Of a DNA stretch of 64,000 nucleotides, positions 9,327 to 19,560 are shown piece by piece. The DNA is taken from NCBI GenBank assembly GCA_965220725.1, contig OZ244840.1, forward strand, positions 2,560,552 to 2,624,551, read 5' to 3'. This stretch comes from Arenicellales bacterium (lineage in GTDB: Bacteria > Pseudomonadota > Gammaproteobacteria > Arenicellales > JAJDZL01). The notes under the pieces were generated by a model, which was given only the letters and a program-made list of their open reading frames with translations, was not told the DNA's origin and made no database searches. The number at the start of each line of letters is the position of its first letter. Within the stretch, counting starts at the first letter, position 1. The translations under genes and the position numbers were made by a program.

Positions 9327-12210
9327 ATGAAATTAGGTTCGCTCGCAATGCGGCTGTCGTTGATCGTTGGGTGTCTGTTAGTTTTTGTCTGGGGGGGGGG
9401 CAAGCAGTAACGAGAGGGAATTGTACTTTTACTTTCATGATGATGGTACCAACAGCACGATCACTCCTGTCGGACAAAGATTAGACCACGAAGGTTTGAA
9501 CAGGTGCCCGAACAAAAATAAAAATGTCGGGTACGGTTATGCTTACAAGTTCCAGGTGCAAGATACGGTCAATGAGGGAACTGTATCCAATCCAGATAAC
9601 AAAGTAGTTTATGCAATTCATATACAAACTCCTAGTCAAAACAATGTCACACCCGGAACTTGCCATGCACCCACTTCGAGTGAAGTCAAAGTCATAAAGA
9701 GTTTTGATGGTGCTTCAAGGCACACACCGGCAAGCGGTGCAAATTGGCGTAATAAACCCGGTACCTTTGTTCCGACGTATGGACACTGGGAATACAACCA
9801 CACCGATGGAACCTTGATCATCAATCGATATTCTTGGGACCGAACTTGGTGGAAATGGAACGGAACCTTGAAAGATACACTGGGTGACGATGATTTCCAC
9901 ATAGATTTCTATCACGAATGGAACGACAAACCTTATGTGGTGATTTTCTCGACGGATGATCCGGCAGAAAGGATTCCGGTTAAACCCATTGAGCTGACTG
10001 CAACCCCGGGCGACGGGCAGGCAACCCTGAACTGGAAACCACAAATCTACAATATAGCCATCACCAAATTTCAGTATCAGCAGAAGCAGGATAACGGCCA
10101 GTATAGCGCCTGGGAGGACATGACCGGTAGCGATGGTTCAACCGTCAGCTACTCGGTGGATGAACTGGCCAATGGCCATACGTACAGTTTCAAGATCCGG
10201 GCGGTGAATGACAAAGGCGACGGTGCCGAGTCCAACGAAGCATCGGCAGAGTTGGACGGAGTGCCGAGTTTCGGTACTGTGATTACCAACCAGAATTTCG
10301 TGATAGGCCGAGCGATCACAACGCTGCAGCTACCAACGGCAACCGGCGGCAACGGTAGACTGACGCACACGCTTACACCCACAATGATGCCGGCAGGGCT
10401 AAGATTTGATCCAACAACTCAGCAGATCAGCGGTAATCCGACGACAGAGACTGTGAATCCGATGTCCTATACCTGGAAGGCAGTGGACTCAGACACCAAC
10501 ACAGCAGATACCGATGCGGCCATAATGACGTTCACGATTGCTGTGGCACAAGACATGCCGCCCACATTCGGCACACAGACGATTGAGGACAAGACGTACT
10601 GGCACGGCCAAGATGTCCGCACGCAATTGCCGGCGGCGACCGGAGGTAATGGTACACCGCTGGAATACACACTCACGCCGCAACTGCCGGATGGTCTGAG
10701 GTTTGATGCTTCAACGCGTCGGATTCTCGGTGACCCGAAGGAATCGGCGATGCAAAGTGCGGTGGAGTACACCTACAAGGTTCACGATCCGGACAACAAC
10801 CGGGCGGATAGCGATGCGGATATATTGACATTCAATATCTCGGTGACCGAACCGCCGACGGAGGTGACGGCTCTGATCGACCAGAGCATGGATCTGATTC
10901 TTTCGGAGAAAGCCCGGATCATCGGAGGTGAGATCATGACCGGTGTCCGCTCCAGGGTACAGAACTTCATGGGACCGCAGGTTGGTGGCAACACCGGTAT
11001 GGGCGTCAGTTCAGGCGCAGTGATGTCATCGGGTTCATCGCGTCAGCCGGTGCGTATGGATGCACAGCAGTTTGTGTATAGTGATCATTTCCCAGCGCTC
11101 GTGAATGCGTTTTCCGAAGGAGGTCCGGCTCGAAATACGTTCTCGGTGTGGAGCGATGCCACGCACAACCGGTTTGAGAACGACGATTCGGCGCTGAGTT
11201 ACGATGGCGAGGTGTCAGGCTTCAGTTTTGGACTGGACACCCCGCTGGGTGAGGACGTTGTTGGCGGTGTTACCCTTTCGCAGTATTCCGGTGAGGTAGA
11301 TTACCAAAACAGTGATGGACGAAAAGGCACGCAGCAGATCAAGGCGACGAGTGTGAGTCCTTATTTAGGATTGAGGACCTCCGACTATGTGATGTGGTCG
11401 TTCGTTGGAATCGGCTCGGGTGATTTCGAGGTGGATCAGGGTGACTACAGCGAGTCCAGTGATCTGTCACTGAACACTGTAGGCATCGGCGCCAGCGGAG
11501 AGGTGTGGCGCGATGACAAGACCGAGTTGCACCTGATCGGTGATTTCGCGCTGACTGAGTTGAGTGTGGATGCTGCGGGTCTGATCCCCGACAAGTATGT
11601 GAGCGTGCATCGCACCCGACTGGTGGTCGAGGCGAGTCAGCGCTATCAATCGTCTGATGGCGGTGTATTCAAGCCGTCGGCCGAGGTCGGAGTCGTGATC
11701 GACAGCGGTGATGGTGTCACCGGTACCCGGTTGGAGGTCGGAGCAGGCGTGAATTACCTGACACCTTCGCAACGCCTGACGTTGTCGCTGTCGTCTTACG
11801 GATTGGTCAAGCGCAACAGCGCTAGTGAATGGGGTGTTCGGGGCAGTATCCGCATGCAGCCGGAAGCCGGCGAACAGGGACTGTCATTCAGCGTGCGACC
11901 GTCTTATGGTGCGTCGGTGCGCGGTGTTGACCGCATCTGGGATAACGGCCGTTCCGATGATGTTGCCGGAGAACGGCGTTATCGGCCTCGGTTGGAAGCA
12001 GGTCTGAGTTACGGTTTCCGAGTTGCAGGTGACCGGGTGTTGCTGGCACCGTTCAGCGAGATTTCGATGTCGGGTAACAATCGCACTGTTCGAGTCGGTA
12101 CCCGACTTGGATATGACTCCAAACTTGAGATGAGCCTGCTCGGAGCAAGGGAGGAGTCTGCGGATGATGTTGAAAATTCGCTCCACCTGCAAGGTGGGAT
12201 TCGATTCTGA
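9327..12210 (+). CDS. autotransporter paralog 3, interrupted by a +1 frameshift at a G10 tract (phase-OFF as sequenced)
   Basis: An intact GGAGG RBS and ATG at 9327 encode the signal peptide MKLGSLAMRLSLIVGCLLVFVW. This frame hits TAA at 9408-9410. The long ORF (track 9385..12210) is in the +1 frame, and a G9 tract would fuse the two frames as W-G-G-A-S-S-N-E, as in paralog 1. Confidence 0.8.
9391..9400 (+). repeat. homopolymeric G10 tract (candidate slipped-strand phase-variation switch)
   Basis: Ten consecutive G read directly from the sequence. The other paralogs have interrupted versions at this position: GGGGAGGGG, GGGGGGAGG and GGGAGGGGG. Confidence 0.9.
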
Positions 12211-12239
12211 CCTTGTTTTGAATTCTTGATTCCTTGATG

Positions 12240-12273
12240 ATGCCGGTACGGATTCCGTACCGGCATTCTTTTT
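12240..12273 (+). terminator. rho-independent terminator of paralog 3
   Basis: Identical to the terminator at 8716-8749. Confidence 0.8.
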
Positions 12274-12847
12274 CCATTTCAGGAATGTAGACGATCTGCA
12301 ATCACAAGTGAGCATCACCTGCAAACTGCTGGTGTAATTAACTGAACCTATGAGGTTATTGCTTTAAGAAAAACACCATACAGATGTCTTTTGTTGAAAT
12401 TTAGTAGCCAGCGCGTATTACTTTTGTGTCGCCATCGCAATTCATTGGACCTCTGAGTTCAAAACAGATTCACCTTGCACAAAGCAGGTGCGACGCAGTG
12501 GGAAGGTTGACCTTGTATTTGCGTTTCAATTGAGGGCGGTGCAGAAGTTACAAGATTTTTCTATCAAGCGAACATTCAAGTTTTTGTACAATTTTTGATT
12601 AATCAGAAAATCATGAAGTTGTATTCTCGGAATCGCTGAATTGACTGACGTCCGGCTTTGAAAATTGGTCAGGCGAGGCGATTGGATCAGTTCCTTTCCG
12701 GGTATTTGACAACAATATAAACGTGAAATACGCAAATGCTCTGTGTGCTTGGTACAGAGTGCTGGCAAAAACAGGCTGTGACGTATGTTCAGATTTGGGA
12801 TCAATTTTCCGGCGCAGGGATGCGCTAATTTATTCGAGGTTAAAGTG

Positions 12848-15718
12848 ATGAGATTAAATTTACTCACATTACGGCAGTCGTTGATCGTCGGGTGTCTGTT
12901 GTTTTTTGTATGGGAGGGGGCAAGCAGTAACGAGAGAGAGTTGTATTTTTATTTCCATAATATTGAGGAGAACGGCGTTCAAAAAAGCAGAATCACTCCC
13001 CACACTCCCGGTGGTGGAGTATTTGACCTTACTAACATAAAACGTTGCAGCTTTCCTCCTGGTGATGATGGAGGACGAGGAACCGATCCAGAAAAAATTC
13101 AGATAGGGGATGGAAGCAATAATGATATTTTTATCATTCATGCCGCGGACGATGTACCAGGGACTTGCACTAAACCGGACTCAATGAGTCATTCCGTAGT
13201 AGAAGCCTTCACGGGGACTACTAAGTTCGTACCGGGAGCCAGTGGCGGATACGAAAATCCAAATTATTCTTTCAATCAAGGGCGTGCACATTGGGCATAC
13301 GACGCTACCGATGGAACTTTGATCACCAACCAGATTTGGTATGACGGCAGACTCTGGTGGAAATGGAACGGGACCCTGAAAGATACGCTGGGTGATGATA
13401 AGTTCCATATTGATCTAATTATGGAATGGAACAGCAAGCCTTATGTGGTGATTTTCTCGACAAATGATCCGGCAGAAAGGGTTCCCGTGAAGCCTATCGA
13501 TTTGGAAGCGACTCCCGGCGATGGGCAGGCGACTTTGGACTGGAAGCCGCAAATCTACGGTATAGACATCAAAAAATACCAATACCAGAAAAAGCAGGAC
13601 AGTGGCAATTTCGGTGCCTGGGAAGACATGAAGGGTAGTGATGATTCGACCACTTCGTACATAGTAGATAATTTGACCAACGGTCATATGTACACATTCA
13701 AAATCCGGGCGGTTAATGACAAGGGTGACGGCGTCGAGTCCGATACCGCGTCGGCAGAGTTGGACTCAGTGCCGAGTTTCGGTACTGCGATTGCCGACCA
13801 GAATTTTGTGGTAGGCCAAGTGATCACAACGCTGCAGTTACCAACGGCAACGGGCGGTAACGGTGCTCTGACTCACACGCTTACACCTACAACGGTGCCT
13901 GCAGGGCTCAGATTCGATCCAGCAACGCGGCAGATCAGCGGTACTCCGACGACAATGACCCAGAATCCGATACCCTTTACTTGGAAGGCAGTGGACTCGG
14001 ACGCCATTACAGCCGATACGGATGCGGCCATAATTACGTTCACAATTGCGGTGGCACAAGACACGCCACCCTCATTCGGGACACAGACGATTGAGGACAA
14101 GTCGTACTGGCCTGGCCTGGATGTCCACACGCAGTTGCCGGCGGCGACCGGAGGTAATGGAACTCCGCTGGAATACACGCTCACACCACAACTGCCGGAT
14201 GGTTTGAGTTTTAATGCTTCGACGCGACGGATTCTCGGTGACCCGAAGGAATCGGCGATGCAGAGTGCGGTGCAGTACACCTACAAGGTTCACGATGCGG
14301 ACAGCAACCGGGCGGATAGTGATGCGGCCACACTGACATTCAATATCTCGGTGACCGAACCGCCGGCGGAGGTAGCAGCCTTGATAGACCAGAGCATGGA
14401 TCTGATACTTTCGGAGAAGGCCCGAATAATCGGAGGTGAGATCATGACCGGTGTCCGCTCCAGGGTGCAGAACTTCATGGGACCGCAGGTTGGCGGCAAC
14501 ACCGGTATGGGTGTGAATTCAAGTGCAGTGATGTCAGCGGGTTCATCGCGGGAGCCGGTGCGGATGGATGCACAGCAGTTTGTGTACAGTGATCACTTCC
14601 CAGCGCTCGTGAATGCGTTTTCCGAAGGAGGTTCGGCTCGAAATACGTTCTCGGTGTGGAGCGATGCTACACACAATCAATTTGAGAACGACGATTCGGC
14701 GCTGAGTTACGATGGCGAGGTGTCAGGTTTCAGTTTCGGACTGGACACCCCGTTGGATGAGGACGTCATTGGCGGTGTGGCCCTTTCGCAATATTCCGGC
14801 GAGGTTGATTACCAAAGCAGTGATGGTCGAAAAGGCACGCAGCAGATCAAGGCGACGAGTGTGAGTCCTTATTTCGGCTTGCGGACATCCGACTATGTGA
14901 TGTGGTCGTTCGTCGGAATCGGCTCGGGTGATTTCGAGGTGGATCAAGGTGACTACAGCGAGTCCAGTGATCTGTCACTGAATACCGTGGGAATCGGCGC
15001 CAGCGGAGAGGTGTGGCGCGACGACAAGACTGAACTGCACCTGATCGGTGATTTCGCGCTGACTGAGTTGAGTGTGGATGCTGCGGGTCTGATCCCCGAC
15101 AAGTATGTGAGCGTGCATCGTACCCGACTGGTGGTGGAGGCGAGTCAGCGCCATCAATCGTCTGATGGCGGTGTATTCAAGCCGTCGGCCGAGGTCGGAG
15201 TCGTGATCGACAGCGGCGATGGTGTCACCGGTACCCGGTTGGAGATCGGAGCAGGTGTGAATTACCTGACACCTTCGCAACGCCTGACGCTGTCACTGTC
15301 ATCGTACGGGCTGGTCAAGCGCAACAGTTCCAGTGAGTGGGGTGTTCGGGGCAGTATCCACATGCAGCCGGAAGCCGGCGAACAGGGACTGTCATTCAGC
15401 GTACGACCGTCGTATGGTGCGTCGGTGCGCAGTGTTGACCGCATCTGGGATAACGGCCGTTCCGATGATGTTGCCGGCCAACGGCGTTACCGACCTAGGT
15501 TGGAAGCGGGTCTGAGTTACGGCTTCCGAATCGCAGGTGATCGGATAACGCTGAAACCGTACAGTGAGATTTCGATGTCGGGTAACAATCGCACTGTTCG
15601 AGTCGGTACCCGACTTGGATATGACTCCAAACTTGAGATGAGCCTGCTCGGAGAACGGGAGGAGTCTGCGAGTGATGTCGAAAGTTCGCTCCACTTGCAA
15701 GGTGGGATTCGATTCTGA
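12848..15718 (+). CDS. autotransporter outer-membrane protein, paralog 4 (most divergent N-terminal module)
   Basis: The ATG at 12848 aligns with the other paralog starts (MRLNLLTLRQSLIVGCLLFFVWEGA); the track ORF starts at 12785. Same FN3, Ig-like and barrel architecture. Ends LQGGIRF. Confidence 0.85.
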   Translation: MRLNLLTLRQSLIVGCLLFFVWEGASSNERELYFYFHNIEENGVQKSRITPHTPGGGVFDLTNIKRCSFPPGDDGGRGTDPEKIQIGDGSNNDIFIIHAADDVPGTCTKPDSMSHSVVEAFTGTTKFVPGASGGYENPNYSFNQGRAHWAYDATDGTLITNQIWYDGRLWWKWNGTLKDTLGDDKFHIDLIMEWNSKPYVVIFSTNDPAERVPVKPIDLEATPGDGQATLDWKPQIYGIDIKKYQYQKKQDSGNFGAWEDMKGSDDSTTSYIVDNLTNGHMYTFKIRAVNDKGDGVESDTASAELDSVPSFGTAIADQNFVVGQVITTLQLPTATGGNGALTHTLTPTTVPAGLRFDPATRQISGTPTTMTQNPIPFTWKAVDSDAITADTDAAIITFTIAVAQDTPPSFGTQTIEDKSYWPGLDVHTQLPAATGGNGTPLEYTLTPQLPDGLSFNASTRRILGDPKESAMQSAVQYTYKVHDADSNRADSDAATLTFNISVTEPPAEVAALIDQSMDLILSEKARIIGGEIMTGVRSRVQNFMGPQVGGNTGMGVNSSAVMSAGSSREPVRMDAQQFVYSDHFPALVNAFSEGGSARNTFSVWSDATHNQFENDDSALSYDGEVSGFSFGLDTPLDEDVIGGVALSQYSGEVDYQSSDGRKGTQQIKATSVSPYFGLRTSDYVMWSFVGIGSGDFEVDQGDYSESSDLSLNTVGIGASGEVWRDDKTELHLIGDFALTELSVDAAGLIPDKYVSVHRTRLVVEASQRHQSSDGGVFKPSAEVGVVIDSGDGVTGTRLEIGAGVNYLTPSQRLTLSLSSYGLVKRNSSSEWGVRGSIHMQPEAGEQGLSFSVRPSYGASVRSVDRIWDNGRSDDVAGQRRYRPRLEAGLSYGFRIAGDRITLKPYSEISMSGNNRTVRVGTRLGYDSKLEMSLLGEREESASDVESSLHLQGGIRF

Positions 15719-15740
15719 CAGAAGACTGGAGGTTTTGCAC

Positions 15741-15769
15741 GATGCCGGTGCGGGTGACGCACCGGCATC
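15741..15769 (+). terminator. terminator hairpin closing the array
   Basis: Perfect 12-bp stem GATGCCGGTGCG / CGCACCGGCATC with a 5-nt loop. The downstream T tract is weak (CAATTTAT). Confidence 0.55.
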
Positions 15770-15914
15770 CAATTTATCCCGGGATGCATACAGGCGATAG
15801 CAGCAAGTGAGCGTTGCCTGGTGCCTTTTTAGGCAAATTTTTGAAGCGAGGTTACCAGTCCATCATTGTTATGGACAAGAGAACTGATCAGGTTTATCCT
15901 ACCAAATCTTTCAA

Positions 15915-16340
15915 TCAGTTCTGCTGAGACATCTGCTGCCGGGTTTGAATCAGCCGAATGATGGCAAAGATCAACCAGATCGGCAGTGAGGCCAGCACAA
16001 CCGCGAATACGATCCCGATTCCACCAAACAACCCGCCAAACAGAACAAGAATGGCAGTCAGCGGAACGGTGAAAACAGCCGCAAAGAATGCTGCCTTGCG
16101 AGATCGTTTGAACAGCATCTGCAGCGCCAGTGTGATGACCATTCCGCAAACCCAGGAAACCAGCAACAGCATGATCGATTGAAAGTTCAGGAACGTCACT
16201 GACATCGACGGGTGATCCGCAGGTTCCAGAGTCGAGAACAGACCAATTCGGACCCAGGCAATGAACATGACCGAGACAGGTACCCAGACCGAATACAGAA
16301 AGTTTCTCAGCAGTGACTTGATAATATTCGTTGGATTCAT
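15915..16340 (-). CDS. small integral membrane protein (about 4 TM helices), function unknown
   Basis: 141-aa ORF with four long hydrophobic stretches. Preferred over the overlapping 180-aa ORF 15829..16371 in another frame, which has no membrane or family signal. Confidence 0.55.
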   Translation of the reverse strand: MNPTNIIKSLLRNFLYSVWVPVSVMFIAWVRIGLFSTLEPADHPSMSVTFLNFQSIMLLLVSWVCGMVITLALQMLFKRSRKAAFFAAVFTVPLTAILVLFGGLFGGIGIVFAVVLASLPIWLIFAIIRLIQTRQQMSQQN

Positions 16341-16539
16341 TAAGACCTTCCGAACGCAGTCTTGATTTCAATCATACGACCGATAGCAGACAGATCATTG
16401 GCGACTCGGTAAACTGCCTTTATACAACACATCGGATGCAGGCAATCGAACGACGCGCATCAATCATTTACATCGGCACAACTGGATTTAAGGCATAATC
16501 AAACGGATTCACAAGGACACGAGGATATTTCCGAAGCAA

Positions 16540-17646
16540 ATGCAGCAAGCCATACAAGATCGTCAGATTGCCGTCAGTGTCAAAGACACCACCAAGATAT
16601 TCGGCAGTGGTGCAGATTCAGTCACAGCACTGGAGCAGATCAATCTTGACATTCAGGAAAATGAGTTTTTCACGCTTCTCGGGCCATCCGGATGCGGGAA
16701 AACAACGCTGTTGCGACTGATTGCCGGCTTTGAACATCCGACGGCAGGCACAATCAGCCTGTACGACGAGGACATTACCTTCCTTCCGCCATACCAGCGT
16801 CCGGTCAATACGGTGTTTCAAAGCTATGCCCTGTTTCCGCACATGACGGTGGCCCAGAACATCCAGTTTGGACTGGAAATGCTCGGCAAGCCAAAATCTG
16901 AAATCAAACAGACGCTGGACTCGGTCCTGAAGCTGGTTCGAATGGAGGAGCTCGCCCAACGCAAAACCAGCGACATCTCGGGTGGCCAGCAACAGCGTGT
17001 GGCCCTGGCCCGGGCACTGGCACCTCGACCGAAAGTCCTGTTGTTGGATGAATCACTCTCAGCATTGGATTACAAGCTCAGACAGGACATGCAATTGGAG
17101 TTGAAAAGGCTGCAGCACGAAACCGGTATCACCTTCATTTTCGTCACACATGATCAGGAAGAGGCGCTGACCATGTCCGACCGCCTGGCCGTGATGAACA
17201 ATGGACGGGTGCTGCAAGTGGGAAAACCCAGCGAAATCTACAACTTCCCAAAAGAAAGATTTGTTGCTGAGTTTATCGGCGATTCCAATTTTCTTGAAGC
17301 CGAGGTTGTTTCAGTGAATCGCGACAACGCCGTGATCCGGCTTTACTCGGGAGGCGAATATCAGGTTTCGGCGAATCCGAACCTGAATGGAGGTGGAACG
17401 GTGACCGTCGCGGTGCGACCGGAGCAGGCGACGCTGAGTTCATCAACCGAAGATGCGTCGATTTCCGGAGTTGTCCAGAACACGGTCTATCTGGGTACGC
17501 ACACCCACTATGTCATCGAGCTGGGTAATGGCGTAGAGTTCACCGCACACGTCCAGAACCTTCGCGGGCATGAGATGCAGTTTGAGATGGGATCCTCGGT
17601 CGGAATCATTCTCGACCCCTCAACCTTGCAGATACTCAACGACTGA
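16540..17646 (+). CDS. potA: spermidine/putrescine ABC transporter ATP-binding protein
   Basis: Walker [10 protein letters not shown], signature [15 protein letters not shown], Walker B LLLDE, and a C-terminal TOBE-like regulatory domain. First gene of an ATPase-permease-permease-binding protein operon. Confidence 0.9.
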   Translation: MQQAIQDRQIAVSVKDTTKIFGSGADSVTALEQINLDIQENEFFTLLGPSGCGKTTLLRLIAGFEHPTAGTISLYDEDITFLPPYQRPVNTVFQSYALFPHMTVAQNIQFGLEMLGKPKSEIKQTLDSVLKLVRMEELAQRKTSDISGGQQQRVALARALAPRPKVLLLDESLSALDYKLRQDMQLELKRLQHETGITFIFVTHDQEEALTMSDRLAVMNNGRVLQVGKPSEIYNFPKERFVAEFIGDSNFLEAEVVSVNRDNAVIRLYSGGEYQVSANPNLNGGGTVTVAVRPEQATLSSSTEDASISGVVQNTVYLGTHTHYVIELGNGVEFTAHVQNLRGHEMQFEMGSSVGIILDPSTLQILND

Positions 17647-17656
17647 TCCCATCATC

Positions 17657-18607
17657 ATGCCAGCCTCAGACCACACGGACTTGACCGGCAAGGATCACCG
17701 GAACGCAATCGAACACGCGCGCGAGCGTCGAATTCGCAGCTACCGACTTCAATGCCTTCCCGCATTGATTGTCTTGGCGGTTGGTGCTGCCGGACCTTTG
17801 CTGATCATGCTGCTCTATTCGTTCCTGAAGGCGGGGCCTTATGGCGGCGTGATCTGGCAGCCATCGCTCGATGGCTGGTTCGGCGTATTCCTGAAACGCG
17901 ATATTTTCGATGGAACGATATCGATCGCCGGCGCACACCTGTCAATTCTGTGGCGTTCCGTCAATCTGTCTATCCAGTCAACCCTGCTTGCACTTGTGCT
18001 CGGATTCCCGACCGCCTACTTCATTGCAACCCGACCAGCCCATACCCGCAATCTGTGGTTGTTTCTGATTACCATCCCGTTTTGGACCAATCTTCTGATT
18101 CGAACATTCGCCATCATGCAGGTGATCCGCGATCAGGGCATCATCAACAACTTCCTGATCGGAATGGGATTGATCGACAGTCCGATCGAGATGCTGTACA
18201 CCGACTTTGCCATCATGCTGGGCATGACCTACGTATACCTGCCATTGATGGTACTGCCGCTTTATGCCAGCATCGAAAAGCTGGACTTCAGGTTGGTCGA
18301 GGCGGGTTATGATCTGTATGCCACACGTCTCAAGGTACTGCTGCGGGTCATCATCCCACTGGTCAAGCCTGGCATCGTCGCCGGTTCAATCTTGGTGTTC
18401 ATCCCCTCACTGGGTGCTTATGTCACACCCCGGGTACTGGGTGGCGGCAAGCACCTGATGCTTGGCAATCTGATTGAGTTGCAGTTTGGTCAAGGCAGGA
18501 ACTGGCCACTGGGTGCGGCGCTTTCCATCTTTCTGCTGGTTGTTGTGATGGGGGCGCTTTTGATCTACGTGCGCGCAGTGCAACGCGCCGATACGAAAAA
18601 TGCCTGA
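17657..18607 (+). CDS. potB: polyamine ABC transporter permease
   Basis: Multi-TM permease. The ATG at 17657 lies just after the potA stop; the track ORF 17570 overlaps potA. Confidence 0.85.
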   Translation: MPASDHTDLTGKDHRNAIEHARERRIRSYRLQCLPALIVLAVGAAGPLLIMLLYSFLKAGPYGGVIWQPSLDGWFGVFLKRDIFDGTISIAGAHLSILWRSVNLSIQSTLLALVLGFPTAYFIATRPAHTRNLWLFLITIPFWTNLLIRTFAIMQVIRDQGIINNFLIGMGLIDSPIEMLYTDFAIMLGMTYVYLPLMVLPLYASIEKLDFRLVEAGYDLYATRLKVLLRVIIPLVKPGIVAGSILVFIPSLGAYVTPRVLGGGKHLMLGNLIELQFGQGRNWPLGAALSIFLLVVVMGALLIYVRAVQRADTKNA

Positions 18608-19412
18608 GCTCAATTCCAGCAAAAAGTCTTTTTCTGTCCGCAAGTTACCGGGCTTTGCATCGACTGCGGTATTGTGTTTCTTTCTGCTGTACGCCCCCAT
18701 TGCAGCGTTGGTGATTTATTCGTTCAATGCCGGAACGAACATTGCGCTTTGGGAGGGATTTTCCGTCAAGTGGTATGCCATCGCCTGGGAAAACGAGCAG
18801 GTCCGGGAAGTGACATTGCGTTCATTCATCGTCGCGAGTGTTGCATCATTCTCCTCGACGGTGCTGGCAACACTAGCCGCGTTGGGCACAACAAGAACTG
18901 ATAACTACCGCGGAAGAACAGCGATTTATGCAGCCATCAACCAACCGCTGATGGTGCCCGAGATCGTAACCGGCGTGGCGCTTTTGATATTCTTCGCCAT
19001 CATCAAGACGGTGACCGGCTACCATGGATTGTTTTACCTGATGCTGGCTCATACCGCATTTTGCATTCCGTTTGCCTATCTGCCGATCCGCGCCCGGCTG
19101 GAAGTCATGGATACCTCATTGGAAGCAGCCGCACAGGATCTTTACGCGACGCCCTGGAAGACCTTCCGTTATGTGACCTTGCCCTTGATGTGGCCGGGCA
19201 TACTCGGCGGTGTGATGCTTTCATTTGTGATCTCGCTTGATGATGTCGTCATCACCGAATTGGTCAAGTCGGCTGGTCAGGATACACTGCCGACCTATAT
19301 GCTCGGTCAGTTGCGGCGGGGGATCACGCCGGAAGTGAATGCCATATCCAGTGCATTGCTTGGCATATCGATTCTGCTGGTGACCGCGTTTTACCTGTTG
19401 CGAAACAGGTAG
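18600..19412 (+). CDS. potC: polyamine ABC transporter permease
   Basis: 270-aa multi-TM permease. Its start overlaps the potB stop by 8 nt (ATGCCTGA), suggesting translational coupling. Confidence 0.85.
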   Translation: MPELNSSKKSFSVRKLPGFASTAVLCFFLLYAPIAALVIYSFNAGTNIALWEGFSVKWYAIAWENEQVREVTLRSFIVASVASFSSTVLATLAALGTTRTDNYRGRTAIYAAINQPLMVPEIVTGVALLIFFAIIKTVTGYHGLFYLMLAHTAFCIPFAYLPIRARLEVMDTSLEAAAQDLYATPWKTFRYVTLPLMWPGILGGVMLSFVISLDDVVITELVKSAGQDTLPTYMLGQLRRGITPEVNAISSALLGISILLVTAFYLLRNR

Positions 19413-19560
19413 GAATTCCATGAAATTTCGCCATCGGCGGCAGTTGAGTATAGAATATACCTGCCGAAGGGCGGATGCGGTCGCTCCGATTGAATTGCAA
19501 TTCGGGCGGCTTTGAGTTTTGTTTTGAGTTATGTTGCTGATACAACGAAGGAGGACGGAA

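Larger units (their letters stand above)
1975..15770 (+). repeat. tandem array of four ~3.5-kb units (conserved leader + autotransporter gene + terminator)
   Basis: Gene starts are at 2313, 5840, 9327 and 12848, giving spacings of 3527, 3487 and 3521 bp. The C-terminal two thirds of the proteins are near-identical, and the ~640-bp spacers 5202-5839, 8687-9326 and 12211-12847 are homologous. Only the gene-proximal ~330 bp of the spacer is present upstream of copy 1. Confidence 0.9.

Noticed and set aside
2271-15789. Many 60-180-aa antisense or alternate-frame ORFs inside the autotransporter genes and spacers that recur in each unit (for example 3764..4177, 6248..6787, 6943..7248, 10467..10772, 8360..8800, 11884..12324, 12526..12867)
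   Set aside because: They recur only because the underlying DNA is repeated. They overlap a much longer ORF that has clear domain content, and the spacer ORFs are not conserved as open frames in all copies.
15829-16371. 180-aa minus-strand ORF
   Set aside because: It overlaps the 141-aa ORF 15915..16340 in another frame. That ORF has a convincing four-helix membrane profile, while the longer ORF has no recognisable features.
17752-18458. Alternate-frame ORFs within potB (17752..18312, 18264..18458) and similar ones within potC and potD
   Set aside because: They lie inside well-supported transporter genes and their products are Arg/Pro/Cys-rich and low-complexity, typical of off-frame translation.
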